From: an uncultured Acidobacteriota bacterium
GTDB taxonomy: Bacteria; Acidobacteriota; Vicinamibacteria; Vicinamibacterales; UBA2999
DNA: 64,000 nt
Assembly: GCA_963827515.1 (NCBI GenBank)
Contig: CAWHBF010000022.1
Coordinates: forward strand, 1,857 to 65,856
Reading direction: 5' to 3'
Shown here: positions 10,539 to 21,494 of the stretch, one piece after another
How positions within the stretch are numbered: the stretch's first letter is position 1
Layout: every line of letters begins with the position of its first letter
Notes under the pieces: generated by a model
The model's input: the letters and a program-made list of their open reading frames with translations, nothing else
The model's database searches: none
What the model was told of the DNA's origin: nothing
Made by a program: the position numbers and the translations under genes

Positions 10539-12729
10539 GTGTGTCGCTGTGTCTCAGAACAGGTCGTGCGTCATGGTTTCGGCGACGCGCAATGGTTTTG
10601 GGTGGTACAGGGGAGGAAAACGGCCACGGAACTGATCGATGTTCAGCGTGAACCGCTGCTGAATCGCGAACTCGCCGCTCGGACAAGCGCCGAACCAGAG
10701 GGACGATCCGCCTGGGCATCGCTCCACACGGTGTCCTGCGTCCTGGCGAGCACCCTCAGCTATTACGTCGCCACGCAGATCGCCTGGACGCTTACTTTTC
10801 CCGATAGCAAAGTCTCACTCTTTTTTCCCCCGCAGGCGGTTCTGCTGTGCGTCCTGCTGCTCGTCCCCACTCGGCACTGGTGGGCCTACGTGCTCGCCGC
10901 CGCCAGCGCTCATTTTCTGGCGACCCAGCAGGCGGACTGGCCGCCGATGTACGCATTGACCTGCGAGGCGTTCGACGCTGTGAAATGCGTCGCGGCAGCG
11001 GCGGGGATTCGCATTCTGATCAAGTCTCCCCTCAAGGCAATCACGCTTCGTGACGCGATTCTCTTCGTCCTCATCGCAGTGGTGCTCGTGCCTTTCGGGA
11101 CCGCCTTCTGGGGTGCGTCCTTTACGGTCTCCTACGGTTTCAGCACTCAGTATTGGGTCGAATGGCTCAACCTGGGAATCTCGAATGCGGTAACGACCGT
11201 CGTCCTGGTGCCGGCCTTTCTGCTGGGTGCGCACTATCTGTTCCTCAGACGCCCGAGAGCCCTGCCCCGCCGACGCGCGCTGGAAGCGGCTCTCGTCGGT
11301 GCGTGCACGGTAGCGTTAGGCATCTTCGTATTCGATCAAACGCCGGCGGGTCCCAACACTTCGCCCGCTCTCTTATATGCGCCGATTCCTCTGCTCATCT
11401 GGGCGGCGCTCCGCTTCGGCCTTGGTGGAATCAGCGTCTCGATGCTGATCATTACCTTCCAGGCGATCTGGGGAACCATGCGCGGGCACGGCCCGTTCCT
11501 GGCCCAAACCCCCGCCGAGAATGCGACGGCACTACAGCTATTCCTCCTGGTGACAGCCACTCCGCTGATGCTCCTCGCGGTTGTCATCGAAGAGGAAAGA
11601 CGCTCGAAGGAAGCGTTGCGTGAGAGCGGGAACCTGATGGGTCTCGCCGCGGAAGCAGGAAACCTGGCTATGTGGGTGTGGGATGTTTCCGGCAACGATG
11701 TGTGGATGACCGAGCGGGGGCGCTCGCTGTTTGGCCTCAAGCCAGACGCGCGCCTCGATTTTGCGGCAACTTTCGATCGCGTGCACCCCGAGGATCGCGC
11801 CGCGCGTGAAAACGCGATCAAACACGCGCTCGAGACGCGAGGCGAATACGAAATGGAGTATCGCGTGCAGCAGGCGGATGGCATGGCCCGCTGGGTTCAT
11901 GGGAGCGGTCGTTGTGTGGGGCCTGACGACGGCACCGGCCCCAAGCTGTTCGGTGTGTCGATGGATGTCACGGCTCGCAAACAGGCGGAGGCGTCCGCCG
12001 CGCAAAAGCGGGCAGAACTGGAGCACGTCGCCCGCGTTGCCACACTCGGCGAGCTCACCGCCACCCTGACGCACGAATTAGGGCAGCCACTCGCCGCGAT
12101 CCGCACCAACTCCTCCCTCGGCGTGCGTTTGCTCGACGCACCCGAGCCCGATCTCCAGGAGGTGCGCAGCACGCTGGCCGACATCTGCGAGGCCACCGAG
12201 CACGCCGGCGAAGTCATTGGCAGGCTACGCGCCATGCTCAAGCGCGACAGCACGGCGGCGGGCTTGACCAACGTCGATGTGAACCATGCGATCCGGATCG
12301 TCGAGCGCATCGTGCACGGCGACGCGAATCGGCACAAGGTCACGGTCCACCTCGACCTGTCGTCCGACGTCCGTCCGGTCAAGAGGTGACAGCGTCCAGC
12401 TTCAGCAGGTCATCTTGAACCTGATGCTCAATGCCTTCAGCGCCATGAGCGGAACCGAACTCGACGGCGCGCGGCGCCTGATCGTGCGCACGAAGTCGAT
12501 TGATGCATCGAACGTACTGGTCGAAGTCCAGGACAGCGGCACTGGAATCGCCGCGGACGAGCTCGAGTCGATCTTCGATCCCTTCATCACCAGCAAGCCG
12601 GAAGGACTGGGAATGGGCCTGTCGATCTGTCGCTCCATCATCGAACGCCACGGCGGCAAGATATCCGCGGCGAACAATCCCGACCGCGGCGCAACGTTCT
12701 CGATTACGCTGCCGATCGCCCGCGCGTGA
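10539..12729 (+). CDS. MASE1-PAS sensor histidine kinase, frameshift ~12385; start uncertain
   Basis: Multi-TM N-terminus, VHPEDR PAS motif, H-box LTHELGQPL, N/G1/F/G2 boxes in the next frame. Confidence 0.85.
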
Positions 12730-12809
12730 ATCTGACCGTGCGGCATGTGCGGGCGAAGTGAATCCCGGGACAACGAACAGTCCCTACTCCGCATACGCCC
12801 CGCCTACCC

Positions 12810-13625
12810 ATGAAGGGCGCGCTTCGGCTTCTGGTGTTTCGACTGTTGTGGACCCGGCAGGTCAAGATGGTGCTCGAGCGGGTGCCGTTGGTGCGGCGCA
12901 TCTACGACGGATGGAGACGGCAGCACCCTTTTGACCGGATGTACGGCCTGGATACCAGCGGGGTGATTCAGGCCAATGACCTCGGCTTCGACCCGGACCT
13001 GGCCGCGCATTCCAGCCCCTATGGTGGCTCGCAGCCGAGCATCGTGCGGCGCTGCCTCGCGACCTTGCCCGACCCCGCGGAGTACACCTTCGTCGATCTG
13101 GGCTGCGGCAAGGGCCGGCCATTGTTGGTGGCCTCCGAGTTTCCCTTTCAGCGGGTGGTGGGCGTGGAGATCGCCCCTCGCCTGGCGGAGATCGCCCGTC
13201 AGAACGCGGCGACCCTCAGCCGCCAACGGGGCCGGCAGGTTTCGATCGAGGTTCAGGTCGGCGACGCGACGACCACCGCGGCGCCGGCGGTTCGCGTGGT
13301 CTATTTCCTGTACAACCCCTTCGACGCGGTTCTGATTGGCGGCGTGGCCGGGAACATCGCTGCCCAGCTCGGCGAGCGCCTGGAGCACGCGTTCATCGTC
13401 TATTACAACCCGGTCCACGCCCAGGTATTCGATCGCTCGCCGCACTTCGCGCGCTGGTCGGCGCGGAGACTGTGGTACGCGTCCGACGAGGTCGGCTATG
13501 GCCCTGATCTCGACGACTCGGTGCTGATCTGGCAGACCGTTCCCGGGCGGTATCCGCCACAACCCGGCGCCGGGCGGCAGGTGATCGTCGACCGGGACCA
13601 TACCCGGGCCATGGTCGTCGCTTGA
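12810..13625 (+). CDS. Class I SAM-dependent methyltransferase
   Basis: FVDLGCGKGR, VGVE, YFLYNPF. Confidence 0.82.
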   Translation: MKGALRLLVFRLLWTRQVKMVLERVPLVRRIYDGWRRQHPFDRMYGLDTSGVIQANDLGFDPDLAAHSSPYGGSQPSIVRRCLATLPDPAEYTFVDLGCGKGRPLLVASEFPFQRVVGVEIAPRLAEIARQNAATLSRQRGRQVSIEVQVGDATTTAAPAVRVVYFLYNPFDAVLIGGVAGNIAAQLGERLEHAFIVYYNPVHAQVFDRSPHFARWSARRLWYASDEVGYGPDLDDSVLIWQTVPGRYPPQPGAGRQVIVDRDHTRAMVVA

Positions 13626-13714
13626 ATGGCTGACAACGCCGATTCCTCTTCGAACTGGCGAAGGGCGCGCGGCACGAATAAGACGCTGTGGCGAAGGAGA
13701 ATCGTAGAAGCGGA

Positions 13715-14839
13715 ATGCCCGTGGTGCACAGATCCCGCACGTATGCAGACGTCAATGCCGTCGTCGGCGGATACCTGCGTGACTTGGCGTTCGCGCAGTC
13801 GTCTCAGCAGAAGATGCTCGGCTACAAGCGGGCCGCATCTGCAATCCTCGCACTTGATCTGCCGTTAACCGATCTCGTGGGCTCTGACGGCGCCTTACCG
13901 AGGATCGCTGGTATTGGGCCCGCCTCCACACGAGTCATCCACGAGATTCTGCATACCGGCGAGTCACCCACCGTCGAACACGCGATCGACCGGAGCGACC
14001 GCCGTGCAGACATTGAGCGTCGACGCCAGCTTCGGCGACACTTCCTCAGCCGCGCCGAGGTCCGGCGCGTTCTCACGGATCCAGCATTCCCGGGTCCGAC
14101 GCTTCGGGAGTACCGCGGGGACCTGCAAATGCACTCCGAATGGAGCGATGGCGATTCGACGGTGCAGGAGATCGCCGATGCCTGCCTACAACGTGGTTAT
14201 CACTACGCGGCGGTCACCGATCATTCATACGGACTCAAGATCGCCGGCGGGATGTCGATGGCCGAAGCTGCCCAACAGCGGAGAGCCATCGACGACGTCA
14301 ACGCCAGGCACGGCAATCAGTTCAGGCTGTTGCAAGGCATTGAAGCGAATATCGACGCCGCCGGCCAGTTGGACCTTTCCGACGCTGAGGCGACGACCTT
14401 CGACGTGGTATTGGCCGCGCCGCATTCGCAGCTACGAAAGGACGAGGATCAGACCAACCGCATGCTGGCCGCAATCGCGCACCCGGCAGTCAGGATCCTT
14501 GCTCACCCGCGTGGCCGGATGACCGGATCGCGCGCGGGGGTGATCGCCAATTGGGACGCGGTGTTTGCCTCGGCGGCTCTGCGCGGGGTCGCGATCGAAA
14601 TCGACGGGGATCCCGCACGACAGGACCTCGATCACACGTTGGCGTCCCGCGCCCTTGAAGCGGGGTGCGTGTTCGCCCTCGACAGCGATGCGCATACCAC
14701 CACGCAGCTCTCGTATGCGGAGACCGCGCTCGCGCACGCGCGCCTTGCCGGTATTCCCGCCGAACGAATCGTGAACTGTTGGCCGCTTGACCGGCTTCTG
14801 GCCTGGCTCTCGAATCCATCGTCGGAAGCTCGAGCGTGA
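13715..14839 (+). CDS. PHP-domain protein with PolX-like HhH N-terminus (no polymerase core)
   Basis: YKRAA/IAGIGP HhH; GDLQMHSEWSDG, TDHS, LAHP, DSDAH. Confidence 0.82.
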   Translation: MPVVHRSRTYADVNAVVGGYLRDLAFAQSSQQKMLGYKRAASAILALDLPLTDLVGSDGALPRIAGIGPASTRVIHEILHTGESPTVEHAIDRSDRRADIERRRQLRRHFLSRAEVRRVLTDPAFPGPTLREYRGDLQMHSEWSDGDSTVQEIADACLQRGYHYAAVTDHSYGLKIAGGMSMAEAAQQRRAIDDVNARHGNQFRLLQGIEANIDAAGQLDLSDAEATTFDVVLAAPHSQLRKDEDQTNRMLAAIAHPAVRILAHPRGRMTGSRAGVIANWDAVFASAALRGVAIEIDGDPARQDLDHTLASRALEAGCVFALDSDAHTTTQLSYAETALAHARLAGIPAERIVNCWPLDRLLAWLSNPSSEARA

Positions 14840-14861
14840 CTGTCACCCAGTGAAGGAATTC

Positions 14862-14906
14862 ATGCCATTCAAGAGCCAGGCGCAGCGAAGGAAGTTCGCA
14901 CAGCTC
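14862..14906 (+). pseudogene. N-terminal remnant of a small conserved protein (MPFKSQAQRRKFAQL)
   Basis: RBS AAGGA plus ATG; recognisable start, then the sequence loses similarity. Confidence 0.45.
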
Positions 14907-14955
14907 GATCCTGCGACAACGAACAGCTCTGTGCGGGCGATCATAGAATCGCCCT

Positions 14956-15678
14956 GTGTTTTTTGTCGCGGTGTTCTTCGTCGCGATCCTCTCCGGCGCC
15001 ACGGCCACCGTCGTCGGATTCGGGATTGGCAGCCTGCTGACTCCGTTGCTCGCCGTCACATTCGGCACCACAACGGCGGTGGCACTCGTCACGTTGCCGC
15101 ACGCGGCGGCGACGGCCGTCCGCTGCTGGCGCTTGCGCGCCCATGTGGATCGGACTGTCCTTGTGCGATTCGGCCTGCTCAGCGCAGCGGGCGCGCTGGC
15201 AGGCGCTCTGATTTATACCCGACTCGGTCCGGGCGCTCTAACGCGTGTCCTCGGTGGTCTTCTGCTCTTGACGGCCGTCGCGCAGCTCACGGGCTGGGCC
15301 TCTCGCTGGCAACCGCATGGGCCGGTTGTGGCGTTATTCGGCCTCGTGTCTGGCTTCTTTGGCGGCATCGCCGGCAATCAAGGCGGTCTGCGCTCGGCCG
15401 CGTTGACGGCATTCGGCCTTCCACCACTTGGATTCGTCGCTACCGCGACGGCAACCGGCCTCCTGGTAGATACGGTGCGAACACCCGTCTACCTCTGGCA
15501 CTCGGGGCCAGTCATGCTCACGCTCTGGGCACCCATCATCGTCAGCACGGTAGGAGTCCTCATCGGGACCATAGTGGGCGAGCGGTTGCTGCTGGGATTG
15601 TCGCCGCGCCATTTCGGCAAGGCCATCGGCGGGGCAATCGGCGCACTCGGGATCTGGATGCTCGTGATACCGGTATAA
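14956..15678 (+). CDS. TauE/SafE (TSUP) family transporter
   Basis: GFGIGSLLTP, GGIAGNQGG, about 8 TM helices. Confidence 0.85.
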   Translation: MFFVAVFFVAILSGATATVVGFGIGSLLTPLLAVTFGTTTAVALVTLPHAAATAVRCWRLRAHVDRTVLVRFGLLSAAGALAGALIYTRLGPGALTRVLGGLLLLTAVAQLTGWASRWQPHGPVVALFGLVSGFFGGIAGNQGGLRSAALTAFGLPPLGFVATATATGLLVDTVRTPVYLWHSGPVMLTLWAPIIVSTVGVLIGTIVGERLLLGLSPRHFGKAIGGAIGALGIWMLVIPV

Positions 15679-15754
15679 CGGACCAGGAGCACGGCTTTCG
15701 CGCTGGCACAACGCCTCAACATGCTCCGAATATGAGCAGCGGTGCAGGACGTCC

Positions 15755-17150
15755 CTACATGTCGTGCCTGAGCACGACCATTTTCTCTTGCGACATGTCT
15801 TCCATGGAGGCAGGTATGCCCCCGACGCCGTAGCCCGACTGACGTCGGCCGGCAAAGGGCATCCAGTCGGTGCGAAACGCCGTGTGGTCGTTGATGAGCA
15901 CACACGATGCGTCGAAGCGCTCGGCAGCCCGAAGCGCAGGCGCGATGTCGGTTGAGAAGATGCTGGCCTGGAACGCAAACGGCAGCGCGTTCGCGGCGTC
16001 GATCGCGCGATCGAGATCCTGAAATCCGTAGACACAGGTCACCGGGCCAAAGATTTCCAGTTGAGACACCTTGGCATCGGCTCGGCGGCTCTACCAGGAC
16101 GGCCGGCATCAGCGTCGTCTCCGAGTATCGGCCGCCGCCAAACAGGCGTGCCCCGCGCGATGTCGCTTCCTCGAGCCACGACGCGACGCGGCTGGTCTCG
16201 CGAGGATCGATCAGCGGACCGACCTCCGTCTCGCGGAGCAGCGGATCCCCGACGCGAAGGCGCCCGACCCGGGCGGTCAATCGTTCGACAAATCCGCCGA
16301 TGATGTCCTGATGCACGAAGATCCGCTGTGTCGACACGCAGACCTGGCCCGCGTGGTAGTAGCCGCCTTTGACAATCGGCTCGATCACGGTGTCGAGATT
16401 GACGCTGCGGTCCACAATCACGGGAGCGGCGCCACCATGCTCCAAGGCGCATCGGGTTCCCGGGGAGAGCCGACTGTGCAAATGCCACCCCACCCGCGCT
16501 GAGCCAATGAAGCTGAGGAACGCGATTCGCGAGTCGGTGGCGAGACGCTCCGCAAGAGCGTTGTCATCGGTGATGAACGTCTGGCACCAGGCTTCGTCGA
16601 GGCCTGCCTCCTGGAACAGCTTGACGAGCTCCAGGCACGACAACGGCGTGGCTGCCGCTGGCTTGACGATGACGGGACACCCGACCGCAATGGCCGGTGC
16701 CACCTGATGCACGATCAGATTCAAGGGGTGATTGAAGGCCGATATCGCGGCGACAACGCCGATGGGTTCCTTCGTGGTGAACGCCCATCGACGCTCACTC
16801 GCCGGCGTGAGCCCCATGGGAATCTCCCGGCCGGCGAAGGTGCGAAGCGCTTCCGCCGCGTTGCGCAAGCCGTCGATGGCCCGGATCACCTCGGCAGCGG
16901 CGTCGCTGACCGGCTTGCCCCCTTCCCGCGCAATGCGTGTGACAAACGGCTCTTGCCGGGCCTCCAGGAGACTCGCGGCACGCTGGAGCACGGCACTTCT
17001 CTGATGTGGCCTGAGCCATCCATCGCGGTTGCGCATGGCCGCCACGGCGAGAGCGAGCTTCTTCTCGAGGGCATCGCCGTCGTCTGCTGCCACCTCCGCG
17101 ACCAACGTGCGGTCGAAGGCCTGTACCACGCGAAGCGTCTGTGTCAGCAT
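15755..17150 (-). CDS. Aldehyde dehydrogenase family protein, frameshift ~16070
   Basis: AFNHPLN, FIGS, LEHGG, GQVCVS, EIFGP, PFAGRRQSG. Confidence 0.88.
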
Positions 17151-17204
17151 CGGTCCGGCGCCGCCGCGATTCGTTCTCGTATCTCCTCGACCACTACCCT
17201 GCGC

Positions 17205-18064
17205 TCAGGTGAGGGCGGAAGCTGCTTGATGTCCGTCGTGTGAAATCGAGACCCGGTCCGGGTGGAGTACACGACAAATCGTCGATCGCGGAGAAAGCCG
17301 ACCAACGTAAGCCCTCCATCGCGCGCCATCTGCACGGCGAGGCTCGATGGCGCAGATACCGACGCGAGAATCGGCAGGCCCGCGACGAGCGCCTTCTGCA
17401 CGATCTCGAACCCGCCGCGGCCGCTCACCAGAAGAATCCGTTCGGACCACGGGAGCCCCCCGTGCAGGAGCGCATCGCCGATGACCTTGTCGACGGCGTT
17501 GTGTCGACCGATGTCCTCTCGCACCAGCATCAGCGTCCCGTCGGAGTCGAACAATCCAGCGGCGTGCAGCCCGCCGGTGCGGCCGAACACGCGTTGTGCC
17601 GAGCGGAGCACCGCCGGCAGGCGCGTCAGCACCTCCGGCTCGACGCTGAAGCGTGGGTTCGGACGAGGCATCTCGCGTGATCGCAACGCCTCGATCGACG
17701 TCCTTCCGCAGATGCCGCACCCGGACGCTGCGAAGAAGTGACGCTGTAGCGCACCGAAATCGATGCCTGGGTCACGACGAAGCGTCACCTCGACGATGTT
17801 GCCCGTCGTCTCTCCGTCCGATCCCTGTCCATACGAGATTCGGGAAATATCGTCATGTCGATCGACGATACCTTCGCTGTGGAGAAAACCTGCCGCAAGC
17901 TCGAAGTCGTCGCCCGGCGTGCGCATCGTCACCGTGACGACCGACGCTCCAATTCGGATTTCGAGAGGCTCTTCCCCGGCCAACTCGTCGAGAACGCGAA
18001 CGCCTTGTCCGTCGTTCCATTCGAGCACGTGCGTCGTCTTGACACGTTGAGGGATGTGGCGCAT
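17205..18064 (-). CDS. fdhD: Formate dehydrogenase accessory sulfurtransferase FdhD; probable frameshift near the C-terminus
   Basis: EEPLEI, MRTPG, SGCGICG, TGGLHAA, EDIGRHNAVDK; VYS|HPDRV junction. Confidence 0.9.
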
Positions 18065-18243
18065 AGGCGGCGGGGTGCTCGTGATTCTACATCGCCTCGA
18101 GCGTGTTGGCCGTGCCTGTTCGCGCCCAGGACGCCACACCGTGCCCTCGGTTTTCAACGCCTACGTGGTGTCACTGCCCGCCGCTCGCACCCGCGCCTCG
18201 ACGTCCTTCACCATGTGGCATCTCATGTGCTTAAGGCACAGCG

Positions 18244-19236
18244 ATGATACGTCCGCGCATCGTCATCGTCGCGACCGGCGGCACGATTGCCGGCACTGCC
18301 GAGTCCACGACCGCTGCCGGATACCAGTCCGGCGCAGTCGCCGTCGATGTCCTCATCGCCGCCGTGCCGCAAATGACGAGGTTCGCGGAAGTCCGTGGCG
18401 TGCAGGTGTCGTCGGTCGGCAGTCAGGACATGAACGACGAGCTCTGGGTGATGCTCGCGACCGAAGTCAATCGTCTGCTGGCAGCAGCGGACGTCGACGG
18501 GGTCGCCATCACGCACGGCACCGATACGATGGAGGAAACCGCGTACTTCCTCAACCTTGTCGTCAAAAGTGACAAGCCGGTGGTCCTCACGGGTTCGATG
18601 CGACCATCCACGTCGCTCGGCGCCGATGGCCCGTTGAACATCTACAACGCGGTCGGCGTGGCGTCCGATCCGAGGGCGAAAGGGCGTGGCGTGCTGGTGG
18701 TCGCCAACGACGATATTCACGATGCGCGTGCGATGACCAAACGCCACACCACCGACGTCCAGACGTTCGTCTCACCGGAGGTCGGGCTGATCGGCGTCTG
18801 CCTGTTCGACGATCGTGAGTTCGTGCGCTCGCCCGTGCGGGCGCACACGACGGCGACACCGTTCACGGTCGCCACGGGCCAGGTGCTGCCACGCGTCGAT
18901 GTGATCTACGCACACGCCGGGATGTCTCCCGACGTGATCGATGCCGCCGTTGCCAACGGCGCGAAGGGCCTGATCGTCGCCGGCGTCGGCCACGGCAACA
19001 TGACGACGCCGGCGCTCGACGCCGTCACGCGCGCGATCGGCCAAGGCGTCGTGGTCGTGCGCTCGACGCGAGTCGGCGACGGCATCGTCCGCCGCAACAT
19101 CGAGGTCGACGACGACACTGTCGGCACAGTCGCGTCGAAGGAGCTCAATCCGGCGAAGGCACGCGTCCTGCTGAAGCTCGCACTGACCCAGACGTCGGAC
19201 CCACGGCAGGTGCAGGAGTTCTTCGACACCTACTGA
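18244..19236 (+). CDS. L-asparaginase (type II-like, no signal peptide seen)
   Basis: ATGGTIAG, HGTDTMEET, SMRP, LNPAKAR. Confidence 0.9.
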   Translation: MIRPRIVIVATGGTIAGTAESTTAAGYQSGAVAVDVLIAAVPQMTRFAEVRGVQVSSVGSQDMNDELWVMLATEVNRLLAAADVDGVAITHGTDTMEETAYFLNLVVKSDKPVVLTGSMRPSTSLGADGPLNIYNAVGVASDPRAKGRGVLVVANDDIHDARAMTKRHTTDVQTFVSPEVGLIGVCLFDDREFVRSPVRAHTTATPFTVATGQVLPRVDVIYAHAGMSPDVIDAAVANGAKGLIVAGVGHGNMTTPALDAVTRAIGQGVVVVRSTRVGDGIVRRNIEVDDDTVGTVASKELNPAKARVLLKLALTQTSDPRQVQEFFDTY

Positions 19237-19255
19237 GGATCGAAACGGCTCGCTC

Positions 19256-19633
19256 TTACGACACTGTTGAGGCGGGTGCCGCGAGCCAGGCGCGCGCGTC
19301 TTCGGCCGCATGCGCGGGGAAGAACTCCACCGGCGCCTTCCGCAAGTCCGCGACGGCAAACATCAGCGTCTCGGCCCGCCATCGTTCGTCGCCGACAAGG
19401 GCGATTCGCTCGATCCGATCACCGTGGTTCACGTAGAAGGACAGGTCGCTCCAGTCGTCCTTCGGCTCCCACCCCTCGAATCCCTGGAGGACGAAGAGCA
19501 GCCTCACGGGTCCGAGGCGGTCCATCTCGCCGACCAGCGCGTCCTGGCACCGATCGAGATCCGCCTTGCGCAGCGTGCCGGACATCTGCAGCCGAAACAC
19601 GTTGGCGCTTTCGTGGTGCATGGCAATCGGCAT
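19256..19633 (-). CDS. SpoIIAA-like STAS/SEC14 domain protein
   Basis: FEGWE, IERIALVGD..W, ARAWL. Confidence 0.8.
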   Translation of the reverse strand: MPIAMHHESANVFRLQMSGTLRKADLDRCQDALVGEMDRLGPVRLLFVLQGFEGWEPKDDWSDLSFYVNHGDRIERIALVGDERWRAETLMFAVADLRKAPVEFFPAHAAEDARAWLAAPASTVS

Positions 19634-19663
19634 GAGAGGATGCCTCACTCACATCACTCGAGG

Positions 19664-19814
19664 CTAGAGCGGTTTGCGTTTCGCCGTAGAGCGCACGCTT
19701 CAGCGTGCGCGTGTCCGCGGAGGCTAACCGCCTCCGCCAAGGCTACGGCGGTCCGCCGAAGCTTTACGCGAAGGCGGAAGCCTCCGCTCTACACCGAATC
19801 GCAAAGCGCTCTAG
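19664..19814. repeat. 151-bp element copy carrying a 50-bp palindromic insert (19728-19777)
   Basis: CTAG ends; CCGCCTCCGCCAAGGCTACGGCGG-T-CCGCCGAAGCTTTACGCGAAGGCGG in the hairpin loop. Confidence 0.95.
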
Positions 19815-19824
19815 ACGAGCGAGG

Positions 19825-20367
19825 CTACTTCTTTGCCGTCGGTGGAAAGTTCTTGAACAGCTTGTCGGAGGCTTTTTCGAGCCTTTTCGCGTTCTTCTCC
19901 GGGTTGTCCGAAATTTCGTCCTCGGCGGTGCCGCGGTACACGAGGTTCTTGGTTTTCGCGTCGAACATGTCGACGACCAGCGTGCCGATCGTGTATTCGC
20001 TCACAGTGGTGGAAGCCGTGCCCATGCCACCCATGCCGCCGTAGCGGTATCCGTAGCCGCCCATGCCGCCGCTGTAGAACGTGTTGACATTGCGCTTGGT
20101 CGAGGTGGCACCGTGGAGGACCACGTCAATATCCGCCTGGCCCTCATTGCCTCTCTTCCAGCCCTTGGCGGCGATGGCCTGATCGAACTCCTCGAGCACC
20201 CGGCGCTGCGAGAGGTCGTTGCCCCAGGCCGTACCAATCTTGATCGTGTAGGTCTGGACCGGCGCGAAGTTGAACGCCTTGTCGAAGTCGATTTTCACAT
20301 CCTGTGCGATGGCCAACGCGGGGAGCGCGAGGAGGCAACCGGTGAGCACTGCGGGAAGTAGTTTCAT
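19825..20367 (-). CDS. DUF4136 family secreted protein
   Basis: Signal peptide, DFDK..NF, YTIGTLVVDMFDAKTK.LVYRG, FKNFPP. Confidence 0.85.
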   Translation of the reverse strand: MKLLPAVLTGCLLALPALAIAQDVKIDFDKAFNFAPVQTYTIKIGTAWGNDLSQRRVLEEFDQAIAAKGWKRGNEGQADIDVVLHGATSTKRNVNTFYSGGMGGYGYRYGGMGGMGTASTTVSEYTIGTLVVDMFDAKTKNLVYRGTAEDEISDNPEKNAKRLEKASDKLFKNFPPTAKK

Positions 20368-20486
20368 GACGTCTCTCCTGAGGGGCCCGACATGGGCAGA
20401 CTTGTTGAGCGGAACAATCGAGCGGGGCCGGCGACCGACGCCGCCCGGTCTCATGCGGAAGAAACAGCGCGCGCCAGTCACGTGAA

Positions 20487-21494
20487 TCACGGGACCTGCT
20501 TCCAGGATGCGTCCGGATTGTAGACCGTCATCTTTCGAGCGATGGCGTCAGTTTGAGGGCCCAGATCTCGTTCCCGCACGGTGCCGTCCTGATTGACGAT
20601 GAACGTCATGACTCCGGTCGCGTCGTACTCAGCTGGCCAGGCGACAAGCGCGAATCCTCCAGACATTTCGCCCTTGACGAGATAGCTCCTGGCCCCACCC
20701 GAGGCCGCAGCTCCCTGGCCGGTCAGAATCTTGAAATAGTAGCCATGCAAAGGCGTCGGCTGCGTGCGATCCCCGCCGAGGGGACTTCCTTCCCCCGCGG
20801 CCTGTGCCACCAGATCACCAAGTGGACTCCGCGCCTGGCCGCGCGCGGCCGGCCAATACAGGCCGTTCTCCTTGCCGGGATCGCTCTGGAACTTCGTCGC
20901 GTGTACACCTGCGGGCTTGCCGTCGTGTCCCTGTAGCGCGTAACGCTTCTGCGCGGTGACATAGGCGCGGCTGGTCGCGATCGCGTCCAGCTCGTTGCGT
21001 CCGATCCGCCGCGCCAGCACTTCTTCCGTCCCGGCGGCTGTGTCGAATCGCCATCCGTCCGCCCCCTTGACGAGCGGCACCGGGAAGGGCCAGTCCTCGT
21101 TGCCGACCACGAGCGTCTTTTGACTGGGCGTCACATCCTCGAGATGCCACTGCTCCCTGAATGCGATCGCGAACACCTGGCGGTTCATCCGAGCGGTCGC
21201 GGGATCGGATGACGCGATCAGCGCCTGCCCGTCGGGACCGAAGATCGCCAGCAGCGCGTCGAGCTGCCCGGTCTTGACCGTGTCGGCGAGCGCCTTGACG
21301 GCATCTTCAGGCGTCGCAAACGTGCGCTGCGTCGCGGTCTGTCCCGCGGCGATCGCCGACGAGGCGAGAAGCGCCAGCAACGCGCACGCGAATACTCGAG
21401 CGCTGACGCCGCGGCGCCGGGGTCCGAGATGGGTGTCTGATCGATTCATACCGATCGTCCTGGTCATGTCTGCCGACCTCTTCCCGGCGCTCAC
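20487..21494 (-). CDS. DUF2950 family protein
   Basis: FATPEDA, WPFPVPL, RRIGRNEL, HGYYFKIL, GVMTFIVNQDG. Confidence 0.88.
   Translation of the reverse strand: MSAGKRSADMTRTIGMNRSDTHLGPRRRGVSARVFACALLALLASSAIAAGQTATQRTFATPEDAVKALADTVKTGQLDALLAIFGPDGQALIASSDPATARMNRQVFAIAFREQWHLEDVTPSQKTLVVGNEDWPFPVPLVKGADGWRFDTAAGTEEVLARRIGRNELDAIATSRAYVTAQKRYALQGHDGKPAGVHATKFQSDPGKENGLYWPAARGQARSPLGDLVAQAAGEGSPLGGDRTQPTPLHGYYFKILTGQGAAASGGARSYLVKGEMSGGFALVAWPAEYDATGVMTFIVNQDGTVRERDLGPQTDAIARKMTVYNPDASWKQVP

Noticed and set aside
12380-12392. Programmed ribosomal frameshifting at this and other frame breaks
   Set aside because: No canonical slippery heptamers, and the breaks fall in ordinary genes at a rate suggesting sequencing error.
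19310-20361. ORFs sharing the peptide RFAFRRRAHASACACPRR (also at 6092, 30582, 60897) as a protein family
   Set aside because: They are translations of the DNA repeat within shadow ORFs.
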